A stretch of 64,000 nt of DNA from Chlamydiia bacterium. GTDB taxonomy: Bacteria; Chlamydiota; Chlamydiia; Chlamydiales; Simkaniaceae. Below are positions 18,926 through 27,777 of the stretch, piece after piece (position 1 is the stretch's first letter; each line of letters opens with the position of its first letter). The stretch is taken from the NCBI GenBank assembly GCA_030430655.1, contig JAUIKQ010000001.1:1018-65017 (forward strand). Direction: 5' to 3'. The notes below the pieces were generated by a model, which saw only the letters and a program-made list of their open reading frames with translations, ran no database searches and had not been told where the DNA came from. The position numbers were made by a program, and so were the translations under genes.

Positions 18926-21719
18926 GCGTCTCCATCACTGCTGTTACTGGGCTAAAAATTTGTTGAAACACCGGGCTCCAAGCCTCCTTAATAGACTCAA
19001 AAAACTCTGTCAAAGAAGGAGCTACCTTGGATAAATAGGGATCTTGGTTTTGAAAAGAAGGAAGCTTTCCATCAGCTAAAAACGCCTTACTGAAAAGGGG
19101 AAGCAAAGGAGACGGGGTCTGTTTTGCTGTGTAGAAATAGCGCAAATAGGCCTCTAAATGGTCAGGAGCAATAGCCAAGTAGTCACACGCAGCGCCATCT
19201 TCTAAAAACAAAATCCCTTTTTCAGGAAACAAAGACCAAAAAATCAAGATTTTTGGATAATTTTCTACCCATGTAGCAAGAGTATTTTTCCCCTCTATCA
19301 ACAGCCCTTTATCACTAACGCCTTCAATTGTCCCTACAATTTCCCCTTTGCCAACTCTCATTCCATCTAAATCAATGCACTCGACCCTACCCACCTCAAA
19401 GCGCTGCAGCTGCTCTTCGTATTTTTGCTGCGCTTTCTCCCACTCAAGAGATCCGAGTGAAGAAAAATACCCAGAAGGCAATGCGCCTTCAAGCTCTAGC
19501 CTTTCCAAAGGAGCCTCTCCTCTTTTTACAGCTTGCCTAATCCTCCACTTCACCTTTCCAGATAAAGAAAGCTCTTCTTCAAACGGCACCTTAAATCGCT
19601 CCAGATATATTCCCAAAATAGATCGATAAAAAAAGCGAATTGGATGGGCAGCAAAACGCATCAGTTCTTGTAAATCCAAAGATTCTTCTTCAGTGTCTTT
19701 TAGACGTAAGGGAGTCGTTGCAAATGGATTTTGCTCTTCAAATTTACCGCTCGTCTTTGAAGAAATAGGGCTTTGTTTTATTTCTGCTTTCAAAAGGATT
19801 TCCTCAAGATAGGGAGAAAGCCTTTGTTTTTTTCCGTCTGCGTTTAAATGCACATAGCTAATTTTCAAATGGGTTGGCGCCATCAAAGCGCGCAGGAGAA
19901 ACCCCCGATCTTCAACCGACTGCGGTATTTTATTGCTAAGCGCTGCTTTTTCTACTCTTGGGAAACTCTCTTCGTCCATCCCTATCAAGTACAGCCGCTT
20001 GACATTCCCAATGCCCCCTCTTTTTATAGAACTGAAAGTGATTTTAGAAAGGTGATGGGAGCCAACGTAGGATCCATTGTATTCTGTGGACGCCTCCAAA
20101 AATTTATAGATGCAAGAAAAATGTAAAGGAGTTGTTTCTTCCAAAAGTCTGTGTAGTTTTTCCTTTATTTCAATGAAAAAGGGCATAGCGAGTTCATTTA
20201 AATATTCTTTTGTTAATTTGAAAAGAAAATAGAGCCAATCCTTAATTGATTTTCTTTCGCTGAAAATGGTGGCTCGCGCTAACTCTAGTCCTTCAAACCA
20301 GGCGATCAGTTTATACAGAAAAGGAGCATCTGTGAGAGATATAGATGTATGAACAAACCCAGGCATTTTATTGGCAGCCAAGCTCAAAAGCAGCCTTGTT
20401 AGCACAAAATTCCAGCTACCAACGTCCTCTTCTTGTATTTGCTTTCCGCAAGTGTCCAACAAAGCAGACGCTTTGTGCAGAGCGTGGGTCCCCCATCTCA
20501 AATTTCCTTGTTTTCCCCATTTTATAATCAGCTCTTTTTCAGATGCACTTTGGAAAGCAGATAGTCCTCGATCTTTTAAAAGTGCTTCTACGTCTTCCAA
20601 ACTAAATCGGCTTTGCAGAAAAGTAAGTAAATTCACTAAAGAAGGGGAAGAAATTTTTTTGCCAAAGCTCTGATACGCGCCTTGCTCGGAAAAAAACATT
20701 TCAATAAAAGAGATGTATTTCTCTATGTTGGGGGCTAAAACGGTAATTTCATGAGCAAAAGCGCCATCAGCTAAGTCCTGGCAAATAACGCTGCGGAGGT
20801 GTCTGATTTCTTCATAGCCGCTGTCAAAACTACTGCAAGTCAGAGTCGCATCCTCTTGTTGAAAAAAATTTTCCTCCTTTTCACACAGGGCAATAGCAGA
20901 TTGCACACTCGATAGTTTCGAAGTGATGGCGATCTCTTCCATAGCATCCAACCACACCCCTTCCTTGTCCTCTAACTGGGCAAACCCTATCCTTTCATGT
21001 TCTCCAAAATTCCTTAAAAGGTAAGAGCTTTCTTCTAAAAAGTCTTCCGCTGTTTCTTTATTGTTCTGTGCTTTTTGTTTGAAAAAAAATCGTCTACTAT
21101 CGGTATGCAAATCACCAACATAGAGAGGAGAAGAGCATAAATGGTAGTAAAAGAGTCCATGTTTTTTTTCTAGTCGATGAAAAAGGGTGCTCATTATTTC
21201 TGAAAGAGGCCCAACATCGATGAGGTGTATTTGCAAGGGCTCTTGGGGAAGTGGAAAAGTAAGGAGTTTTTCGTAGGCGTCCCACTTTTGCCAAACCTCT
21301 TTCCAAAGAGGCTCTTGCCAGTCTAAAAGCGGTTTTTTTGCCCCGTAAAAAGCCCTTTCCCAAAACTCCAAAGCCAACGTCTTTCCAACATCGGCCATGA
21401 TCGCTTCATCTTGTGTCTTGAAAGTTTCGGTTTTCTTTAGCCACCCTTCAATATATAGAGCGAGAATTTTACGATCGGGAAAATGAGTGGAGGGAAAAAG
21501 GGTGGACAGTAGCTGCTGCAACGTTAACGTACAAATGCCTAAACTCCCTTTGTTTTGCAACATAGCAAGCTTCCACTGATATTCGACCAAAGGACTTTCC
21601 ACGACAGCATAGCATTTACAAAGCAAAGGGGCCTGATCGATAGAAAAAAGGGCTCTTTGCATAAGCTGGGCGTGGCTATTTGCCAAGAAAATCGTAGGTT
21701 TTTTTTCCTCTCGATCCAT
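18912..21719 (-). CDS. recC: Exodeoxyribonuclease V gamma subunit (RecC)
   Basis: The call rests on size, position upstream of recB (14-nt overlap) and an N-terminus 'TIFLANSHAQLMQRAL' resembling the RecC start 'vyhSNrle.L'. I place the start at the internal ATG 21719. The listed 21944 start would overlap the divergent MFS gene. Confidence 0.7.
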   Translation of the reverse strand: MDREEKKPTIFLANSHAQLMQRALFSIDQAPLLCKCYAVVESPLVEYQWKLAMLQNKGSLGICTLTLQQLLSTLFPSTHFPDRKILALYIEGWLKKTETFKTQDEAIMADVGKTLALEFWERAFYGAKKPLLDWQEPLWKEVWQKWDAYEKLLTFPLPQEPLQIHLIDVGPLSEIMSTLFHRLEKKHGLFYYHLCSSPLYVGDLHTDSRRFFFKQKAQNNKETAEDFLEESSYLLRNFGEHERIGFAQLEDKEGVWLDAMEEIAITSKLSSVQSAIALCEKEENFFQQEDATLTCSSFDSGYEEIRHLRSVICQDLADGAFAHEITVLAPNIEKYISFIEMFFSEQGAYQSFGKKISSPSLVNLLTFLQSRFSLEDVEALLKDRGLSAFQSASEKELIIKWGKQGNLRWGTHALHKASALLDTCGKQIQEEDVGSWNFVLTRLLLSLAANKMPGFVHTSISLTDAPFLYKLIAWFEGLELARATIFSERKSIKDWLYFLFKLTKEYLNELAMPFFIEIKEKLHRLLEETTPLHFSCIYKFLEASTEYNGSYVGSHHLSKITFSSIKRGGIGNVKRLYLIGMDEESFPRVEKAALSNKIPQSVEDRGFLLRALMAPTHLKISYVHLNADGKKQRLSPYLEEILLKAEIKQSPISSKTSGKFEEQNPFATTPLRLKDTEEESLDLQELMRFAAHPIRFFYRSILGIYLERFKVPFEEELSLSGKVKWRIRQAVKRGEAPLERLELEGALPSGYFSSLGSLEWEKAQQKYEEQLQRFEVGRVECIDLDGMRVGKGEIVGTIEGVSDKGLLIEGKNTLATWVENYPKILIFWSLFPEKGILFLEDGAACDYLAIAPDHLEAYLRYFYTAKQTPSPLLPLFSKAFLADGKLPSFQNQDPYLSKVAPSLTEFFESIKEAWSPVFQQIFSPVTAVMETHAFV

Positions 21720-21806
21720 ACAATAATCCTTAAACAACAGACTTTGGAGATAATCTTGCTCTTTCGCTATCGAAAAAAAGAAATAATCAACGGAGCGCTC
21801 CACCGA

Positions 21807-23480
21807 TTGGGGGTCAAAGAGCCTAGCCTTTTTAGGCAAAGGCACAGCATACACTTTCTCAACGTCGCCCAGTCCCTCGGTGCCATTAATGATAACGCTT
21901 TTAAGTACTTTATTGTCTTTCTTTTTATTGCTGCTCTGGGACAAGCATACTCTGCTACCATTTTATTTTGGGCGGGCATTGTTTATGTTACCCCCTTCCT
22001 TCTTTTTTCCAATCTAGCAGGACTTTTTGCGGATCGGTTTAGCAAGCAAAAAATACTTGTCTACCTCAAATTCACAGAAATCCTTATTACTGCAGCGGGC
22101 ATTGTGGCTTTTGCTCTAAAAAGTGCAGTAGCAAGCTATACCTTGCTGTTTTTTCTTTCCCTCCAAAGCGCCCTTTTCGGACCACCAAAATATAGCATTA
22201 TCTTAGAGCTCACGGACCGGAAAAACATTGGCAAAGCAAACGGGTTGATTGCAGGTTCCACTTATCTTGCCATCATAATAGGCACTTTTTTAGCCTCTTT
22301 AATCACACAAGTTACCAATAAAAATTTCCCTTTCGCCGCTTTTATTTGCACTATCATTGCCATTTTTGGCTACATAAGCAGCCTCTGCATTCCCTTAACC
22401 CCTCCTCAGAAAAACAACAAAAAAATGTCGACATTTTTTCTCTATGACATTTACAAAACACTGAAAAAAATCAAACCGATTCCTTTTCTTCTGACTTCTT
22501 TATTCGGGGCTGCTACGTTTTTATTTATTGGCGCTTATTTTCAGTTAAATATTGTGATTTTTTCTGTGGAGGCTCTCCACTTGAGTCCCGAGTGGGGAGG
22601 GTATCTTTTCTTCATCACCTCTGTTGGGATCGTGCTAGGGGCGCTAATTTCAGGAAAGCTTTCAAAAAAAAGGCCTGAAATTGGGATCTCTTGCGTAAGT
22701 GGACTGTTTTTTGTTGTCTTAACCTTCCTGCTTGCAATTTTTGGAAAAACCCTTATTACTGCTGCCACCTTTTTGTTTGTGATTGGTTTTTTTGGAGGGC
22801 TATTTATTGTCCCTTTTGACACTTTTATTCAAACGCAAAGCCCACCACAAGACCGGGGACAAATTGTCGCTGTTTCTAATTTTTTAAGCTTCTGTGGCGT
22901 CTTGCTCGCCCCTATTTGTATTTACATATTTTACGACACGTTAAAGTTACAAAGCGCTAGTGGCTTTGCGCTTATTGGACTTATATTCCTTTGCATCGTC
23001 TGCTGTATCAACTCTCAGCTTGCCAACTGGTTTTTTAACAAAGCTGCCCAAATCTGTCTATGGCCTTTTTACAAGCTCTCTTCTTTTGACCCTTCGCCTG
23101 AAAAAGGGCTGTCCCCTCTGCTCCTCTCCTCTTCCCGCTTCCGCTGTCTGCTTTTGGTTGCGGCGTCCCATCCCCATATTCACTTTTGCATAGTAAGACA
23201 AAGTAAGCAAAAAAAAGACATTTGGCTAAAACAACTGTCCTGCATTCATTTTTTCTACCCATTTCAAAGTACCGAAGAAGAAGAAAAGCTCTTATCGAAA
23301 ATCCACCGCCAAGAAGGCATTCCCTGTTTTTTGAAGCCACCCAGCCCCAAAACCTTACAAAGGCTACAAAAAACCCCACTGCAAATTCTAGAAATAACGC
23401 AAGAAAAGAAACACTTTTTTGGAAGAGCGCATGTGAGGTTCACAACCCATCACGGCTTTGATGCAAAAGGGGGATCTTAA
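21807..23480 (+). CDS. MFS transporter, LplT-like (lysophospholipid transporter family) with a C-terminal non-membrane extension
   Basis: The N-terminal segment 'FLNVAQSLGAINDNAFKYF' resembles the LplT signature (aQFlsA.NDNa.K). About 12 hydrophobic segments follow. The only in-frame start downstream of recC is the TTG at 21807. The listed ORF start at 21555 lies antisense inside recC. Confidence 0.6.
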   Translation: MGVKEPSLFRQRHSIHFLNVAQSLGAINDNAFKYFIVFLFIAALGQAYSATILFWAGIVYVTPFLLFSNLAGLFADRFSKQKILVYLKFTEILITAAGIVAFALKSAVASYTLLFFLSLQSALFGPPKYSIILELTDRKNIGKANGLIAGSTYLAIIIGTFLASLITQVTNKNFPFAAFICTIIAIFGYISSLCIPLTPPQKNNKKMSTFFLYDIYKTLKKIKPIPFLLTSLFGAATFLFIGAYFQLNIVIFSVEALHLSPEWGGYLFFITSVGIVLGALISGKLSKKRPEIGISCVSGLFFVVLTFLLAIFGKTLITAATFLFVIGFFGGLFIVPFDTFIQTQSPPQDRGQIVAVSNFLSFCGVLLAPICIYIFYDTLKLQSASGFALIGLIFLCIVCCINSQLANWFFNKAAQICLWPFYKLSSFDPSPEKGLSPLLLSSSRFRCLLLVAASHPHIHFCIVRQSKQKKDIWLKQLSCIHFFYPFQSTEEEEKLLSKIHRQEGIPCFLKPPSPKTLQRLQKTPLQILEITQEKKHFFGRAHVRFTTHHGFDAKGGS

Positions 23481-24615
23481 CACTTCCAAAATACCCCAAG
23501 CAAAACCCCAAAAAACAAAAAATGCTTCCAACATAGAGGGCAGCAGCAGCTCCTAATTTAGCATGGAGCAGCCCTCCAAGAAGTGGGCCCAAGCATCCTT
23601 TGATTCCCACAAAAGTAACATTGACATTTGTATACACTGAGCTATCGCTTTTTGGCGAAAAAATAGGCCCCCCAAGCTGCCAGCTCAATTGACTTCCCGC
23701 CTGCATTATACCATACAAAACAAAAGCAAAATAGATGCCGAGCGGTAAATGTTCTGAGAGGAGAATAAACAAAATGGAAAAAGCCGCGAATAAAGCTGCA
23801 ACAGCGCAGTACTTAAAAATGTTTGTTTTGTGTAAAGCGCGCGACCACGCAGGCCTTGCCACAGCAAATCCAACTCCTTTGCATAAAGCGACTGCAGCAG
23901 CGATTTGTTTGTAAGAAAGCTTAAGATTTGTCTGTACAATTTCGGGCAAACACGGCTGCATGACCATGAGTCCTAAGCCACCGCAAAAAAAAATCAATTG
24001 GTAAAAAGCAAAATCTGGTCGTTGACAAAGAAGTCGATGCCCCTCCTTAAAAGGAGAAAAAATCGTGCAAACGCTCGAGCTGCTTGCTTTTTGCTCTGAC
24101 GGAAACAATTTTGCCAGATAGAGAAGAAAAGGAAGCCTTCCCAAACTTATTACTCCCAAGACGGGAAAAATCCATTTCCAAGATTGGTTGTAGTGATCTA
24201 GAAAAGGTGCAACCAAAATAGGAAGTGCGGCTGAAGTCATAAACATAATCAGCGACCCGTGGGAAACAACCTGAGACTGATCAGATCGTGTAAAAGAAAC
24301 TTTCACTAGTTCCATCCAAGCTGGCATAATGGCTCTTTCGGCAAAAAAATAGATACCAAAAGAAATAACCAAAGGCCACGCACTGTCAAAAAAAGGGAAA
24401 AAAAGCGCCGGAACAGACCCAAGCACCATTGCCACCACTAAGTTCACTTTAAGGCAACCTTGAGCCACCGGAAAAAACCCATTCCAATAGGAAGAAAATA
24501 CAGCAACTACTGGCTTTACGGCTACTAAAGCGGTAATCTGGATCGGAGAGGCGCCTAAATCTTTGTATAAAATGAAAGCGATCAAGGTATAGACAGCAAA
24601 GAGAGGGGCATTCAA
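23440..24615 (-). CDS. MFS-type transporter
   Basis: The protein is multi-TM throughout (~11-12 hydrophobic segments). The listed start is a TTG. See the finding on the A7 tract and the upstream out-of-frame ATG. Confidence 0.7.
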   Translation of the reverse strand: MNAPLFAVYTLIAFILYKDLGASPIQITALVAVKPVVAVFSSYWNGFFPVAQGCLKVNLVVAMVLGSVPALFFPFFDSAWPLVISFGIYFFAERAIMPAWMELVKVSFTRSDQSQVVSHGSLIMFMTSAALPILVAPFLDHYNQSWKWIFPVLGVISLGRLPFLLYLAKLFPSEQKASSSSVCTIFSPFKEGHRLLCQRPDFAFYQLIFFCGGLGLMVMQPCLPEIVQTNLKLSYKQIAAAVALCKGVGFAVARPAWSRALHKTNIFKYCAVAALFAAFSILFILLSEHLPLGIYFAFVLYGIMQAGSQLSWQLGGPIFSPKSDSSVYTNVNVTFVGIKGCLGPLLGGLLHAKLGAAAALYVGSIFCFLGFCLGYFGSVKIPLLHQSRDGL

Positions 24616-24663
24616 GACATAGCAGCTAAGGCAGGCAATGACTTTTTTTGCGCAACGGTCATT

Positions 24664-25152
24664 TCATCCACCAGTTAGCCGCTCTTCTACATCTTTTACA
24701 ATTGCTTGAGGGATAAAATCGCTAAGAGGCCTTCCTCCCCTGCCTATTTCCCGTATCAGCGTTGAGCTAAGATCACGATACTGCGGCGCTGAAGCTATCC
24801 ACAGCGTTTCTACACCACTCATTTGCCTGTTCAAATTAGCTCGCGCAGTCTCAAAATCTATGTCAGCGCTTGTACGAAAAGAGCGAATAATCAGATTTAC
24901 CGAATGGTTTTTAATAAAGTCGACCAAAAGGCCAGGAAAAGCAACCACCTTAATTTTACATCCACGCTGAAAAAGACGATCAAGCAACACTACTCGCTCT
25001 TGGGAGGAAAAAACGGGACTGGACTTGGATAAGTTCATGCCAACGCCAACATAGAGCGTATCACAAAAACACAAGCAACGGTTAATGATATCGAGGTGAC
25101 CGAGCGTTGGTGGGTCAAATGTTCCCGGATATATTGCTTTTGTAATCACCAC
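24664..25152 (-). CDS. coaD: Phosphopantetheine adenylyltransferase
   Basis: 'AIYPGTFDPPTLGHLDII' is the (H/T)xGH nucleotidyltransferase motif in CoaD context. Size is 162 aa. 'SSTLIREI' lies near the C-terminus. Confidence 0.9.
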   Translation of the reverse strand: MVITKAIYPGTFDPPTLGHLDIINRCLCFCDTLYVGVGMNLSKSSPVFSSQERVVLLDRLFQRGCKIKVVAFPGLLVDFIKNHSVNLIIRSFRTSADIDFETARANLNRQMSGVETLWIASAPQYRDLSSTLIREIGRGGRPLSDFIPQAIVKDVEERLTGG

Positions 25153-25157
25153 GCAGA

Positions 25158-26420
25158 CTAAAAAGCGTAAATTAACTCGATCTCGTACTGCTTGTATCGA
25201 GACGAAGGACCTACTTGACTTGTTTGGTTAACCGACTGCTTCCAGCTTTGAAAGACAGTCCAGTTGCTCGTTAGTAGGTAAACAAATTCTACCGCAAATC
25301 CTTTGTAGTTGCTATTACCGCCAGCATTTTGCAGAGTGGTTGGATCGCCACTGCCATCTTTTTGAGTGCTGTAAAGACCGGTTCCAGCAGCATTCCCACG
25401 ACCAATTCCAGAGACGTCAAATCCTGGAACTGCTTGAGGCTCCACATATTGGTAGCATACGTTGAGCGCAAAATCTCCTTTCTGTTTTATCTCACCGATA
25501 GAAAATCCAGCATAATAGGCATGGTTAAACTTGTCATGCAATGTGCTTGGATCTGTTGTAGAGCGAGGAATCGGAAGAGGGTGCGCGCTTAAGTTGGACA
25601 AGGCCGCAACGTAAAAATTTAATAGCTTATTCCACGAAGACTGTCTAAACTTGTATCCCAAGATCCCCTGTATGTTCAAAAAACGAAAACGACGCTGCTG
25701 GACTAGACTCTCTTGCGTTTTTGTATTCCAATCAATCAAAGAACACTTAGCATACCAGCCTGACCCTAAAACATTTAAAAGGGCAGCTTCGCCGACAAAA
25801 GCATATTGATCCACTCTTTCATCGACCAAAAAAGGACCAGCGTGAACAAAAAAATCTCCAAGACGATCAAACGCCTGGTCATACTTCACGATAATGCCAT
25901 CAAAAGTAGAAGAGAACTGTACCTGAGAATCAAACAAGCTACTCAGGTTTTGTCGACCAAACTCTACATCGACGGTGTAAGTGTCTCTACTCAGCGCACG
26001 GCCACCCAAATAGGCACGACTTAAAGAAATCTTATTCATAGTCCCAGAGCTCGTTCCTGCATTGTTGTCAAACTTCACCTTCACAGCTCCCCACGTGCGC
26101 TCGGCTCTGTAGTCTAGCATGAGGTTGAACTCAACATCGAAGGCCCTAGAAGCGCTATCTTCCACAGCGCCACCATGCCCTAACTGCCGAATACCGTCTT
26201 TCTTCTCATTTGTCGATTGTAGTTCTGTACGCACCTCCCCACTCAAAGAAAGGCTTCCTCCCCTCTCTTTGACAGTTACCTGCCTCTTGGTATTAATCCA
26301 ATCCCTTATAACATCTAACTCGCTGGCAGCGTCTTTGCTCTCCGCATCAATATCTTCTGCGTATACTAGTGCAGCTGTAGCCATTAAGCAAACCAACAAC
26401 AAGCGAAAAAAAACATTCAT
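25158..26420 (-). CDS. Outer-membrane beta-barrel protein (porin candidate)
   Basis: The signal peptide is MNVFFRLLLVCLMATAALVYA/ED. The protein has amphipathic beta-strand character and ends '...YEIELIYAF' with a terminal Phe. Its stop is 5 nt upstream of the coaD start. Confidence 0.7.
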   Translation of the reverse strand: MNVFFRLLLVCLMATAALVYAEDIDAESKDAASELDVIRDWINTKRQVTVKERGGSLSLSGEVRTELQSTNEKKDGIRQLGHGGAVEDSASRAFDVEFNLMLDYRAERTWGAVKVKFDNNAGTSSGTMNKISLSRAYLGGRALSRDTYTVDVEFGRQNLSSLFDSQVQFSSTFDGIIVKYDQAFDRLGDFFVHAGPFLVDERVDQYAFVGEAALLNVLGSGWYAKCSLIDWNTKTQESLVQQRRFRFLNIQGILGYKFRQSSWNKLLNFYVAALSNLSAHPLPIPRSTTDPSTLHDKFNHAYYAGFSIGEIKQKGDFALNVCYQYVEPQAVPGFDVSGIGRGNAAGTGLYSTQKDGSGDPTTLQNAGGNSNYKGFAVEFVYLLTSNWTVFQSWKQSVNQTSQVGPSSRYKQYEIELIYAF

Positions 26421-26532
26421 CGAAATAGCTCCAGGTTCGTATCCACAATGTGGAAATTTTAAAAGAGCCTATAGTTTCTTTTCTACATAAAAAATACAAA
26501 GCAATACTATAGAATAGAGCAATCCCCCAAAC

Positions 26533-26612
26533 TTAAGCGTAAAATTATCTGGAGGTGGCTTTTGAAAAGCATTATTTCATCCATTCCATTCTGTAGAAAG
26601 TGTTTTGGCAAC
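26533..26612 (+). repeat. Direct repeat, copy 1 (~80 bp with a 57-bp perfect core at 26541..26597)
   Basis: The core 'aaaattatctggaggtggcttttgaaaagcattatttcatccattccattctgtaga' is identical to 27326..27382. It contains GGAGG plus a TTG start and opens a 21-codon ORF (MKSIISSIPFCRKCFGNSEQI*, 26562..26627). Confidence 0.9.
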
Positions 26613-26721
26613 TCAGAGCAAATATGAAAGTTGCATTCACAAAAATTGTAGAGAGAAATATCCACCTTCTGTTAAAATGTCCGCTGTAAAGGGTGGTCTT
26701 TGAAAAGTAGAGGAGTCGAAT

Positions 26722-27321
26722 ATGGTTAGTGGAATCAACTTGCAAGAATATTCCTTAAAAATAAGAGAGGGAGATCCACCATCTTTAAATCTAGAAAGGC
26801 TAAGAGAAGACCTTCGAACTAAGGAAAGAAGAGAGAGTTATAAATGGGTTTTCTCTGTGTTGTCTAGCGGAGTATTAAATAAATTCCACAACAAAGAAGA
26901 GGCCTTTTTAGAATTAAAAGGCAGGATGATTGAAATGGCAAAACTTGCCCCAGAAGAAGTTATTGAATCGATGGAGGCTTTCGATTTAAACGACAACAAC
27001 TTAAGGCACATACGTGATATTGCAACAAAAGTTCTTAATGATAATAAAGCAAAGTCAAATGAACAAAGGCCTTCGTTTTTGGCGATTCTGAGAAATCGAA
27101 CATTAGCCACCTTCGACCCAACGAAAATGACCCAAGGAGCAGCCTGCGCTATTTTCATCGCTGCACAACTTTTTAGAGAAGCTCGAGAAACAGATTCTTT
27201 GTCAGATGATTTTTATATGCCTGCGATTGGGCTTTCTTTGGGTTTTATCGGCGTAACAGCTGTTAACGCTGTAACAGCTGCCGTCCAAAACAACAACGCG
27301 GGTAGAACAACTACTCGTTAA
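26722..27321 (+). CDS. Hypothetical protein (orphan) with a hydrophobic C-terminal region
   Basis: The 199-aa ORF has an SD-like 'gaggag' upstream of the ATG. The C-terminus contains 'AACAIFIAAQLF' and 'MPAIGLSLGFIGVTAVNAVTAAV'. No family is recognised. Confidence 0.5.
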   Translation: MVSGINLQEYSLKIREGDPPSLNLERLREDLRTKERRESYKWVFSVLSSGVLNKFHNKEEAFLELKGRMIEMAKLAPEEVIESMEAFDLNDNNLRHIRDIATKVLNDNKAKSNEQRPSFLAILRNRTLATFDPTKMTQGAACAIFIAAQLFREARETDSLSDDFYMPAIGLSLGFIGVTAVNAVTAAVQNNNAGRTTTR

Positions 27322-27397
27322 GGATAAAATTATCTGGAGGTGGCTTTTGAAAAGCATTATTTCATCCATTCCATTCTGTAGAGAACGTCTTGGCAGC
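27318..27397 (+). repeat. Direct repeat, copy 2 (~80 bp with a 57-bp perfect core at 27326..27382)
   Basis: It is identical to copy 1 over the core and about 65% identical in the 15 nt after it. Here it supplies the SD, the TTG start and the first 12 codons of the 141-aa ORF. Confidence 0.9.
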
Positions 27398-27772
27398 GCT
27401 CCTAGTCGCTTGTATAAGAAAACAGACTGCATTGAAGATTCTGAAGAGTATAAAAGGCATCGCGAATTTTTAAACACTGCCAAGGAATGTAGACAGTTTT
27501 TGGAAAAGATAAGCCAAGATGGATTTGAACAGAAAATAGCTCCCCTATCCCAAAGATTAAGAAACGCTCTTTTTCTAAACATCGAACAGATGATCGGCTC
27601 AGAAAATATAAAAGAAGAGGTGGACTTAATTCACAGTATTTGCAAAAAGTATCCGCCTTTTAGAAAACAGTTTTTAATGGGTTTAAAAAACGTGGAGTCT
27701 TCCATAAGCCACCTTAGCAAAGAAAAAAAAGACTTGGTGTTAGATGCTTGCTGGCAGTTTACTCAGCGTTAG
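27347..27772 (+). CDS. Hypothetical protein (orphan)
   Basis: The 141-aa ORF has a TTG start 5 nt after GGAGGTG. The N-terminus MKSIISSIPFCR is encoded by repeat copy 2. No family is recognised. Confidence 0.5.
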   Translation: MKSIISSIPFCRERLGSAPSRLYKKTDCIEDSEEYKRHREFLNTAKECRQFLEKISQDGFEQKIAPLSQRLRNALFLNIEQMIGSENIKEEVDLIHSICKKYPPFRKQFLMGLKNVESSISHLSKEKKDLVLDACWQFTQR

Positions 27773-27777
27773 CTTGC

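Noticed and set aside
26533-27397. Direct repeats considered as a CRISPR or other repeat array
   Set aside because: There are only two copies, 785 bp apart. They carry an SD and start codon, and no cas genes are present. This is not an array.
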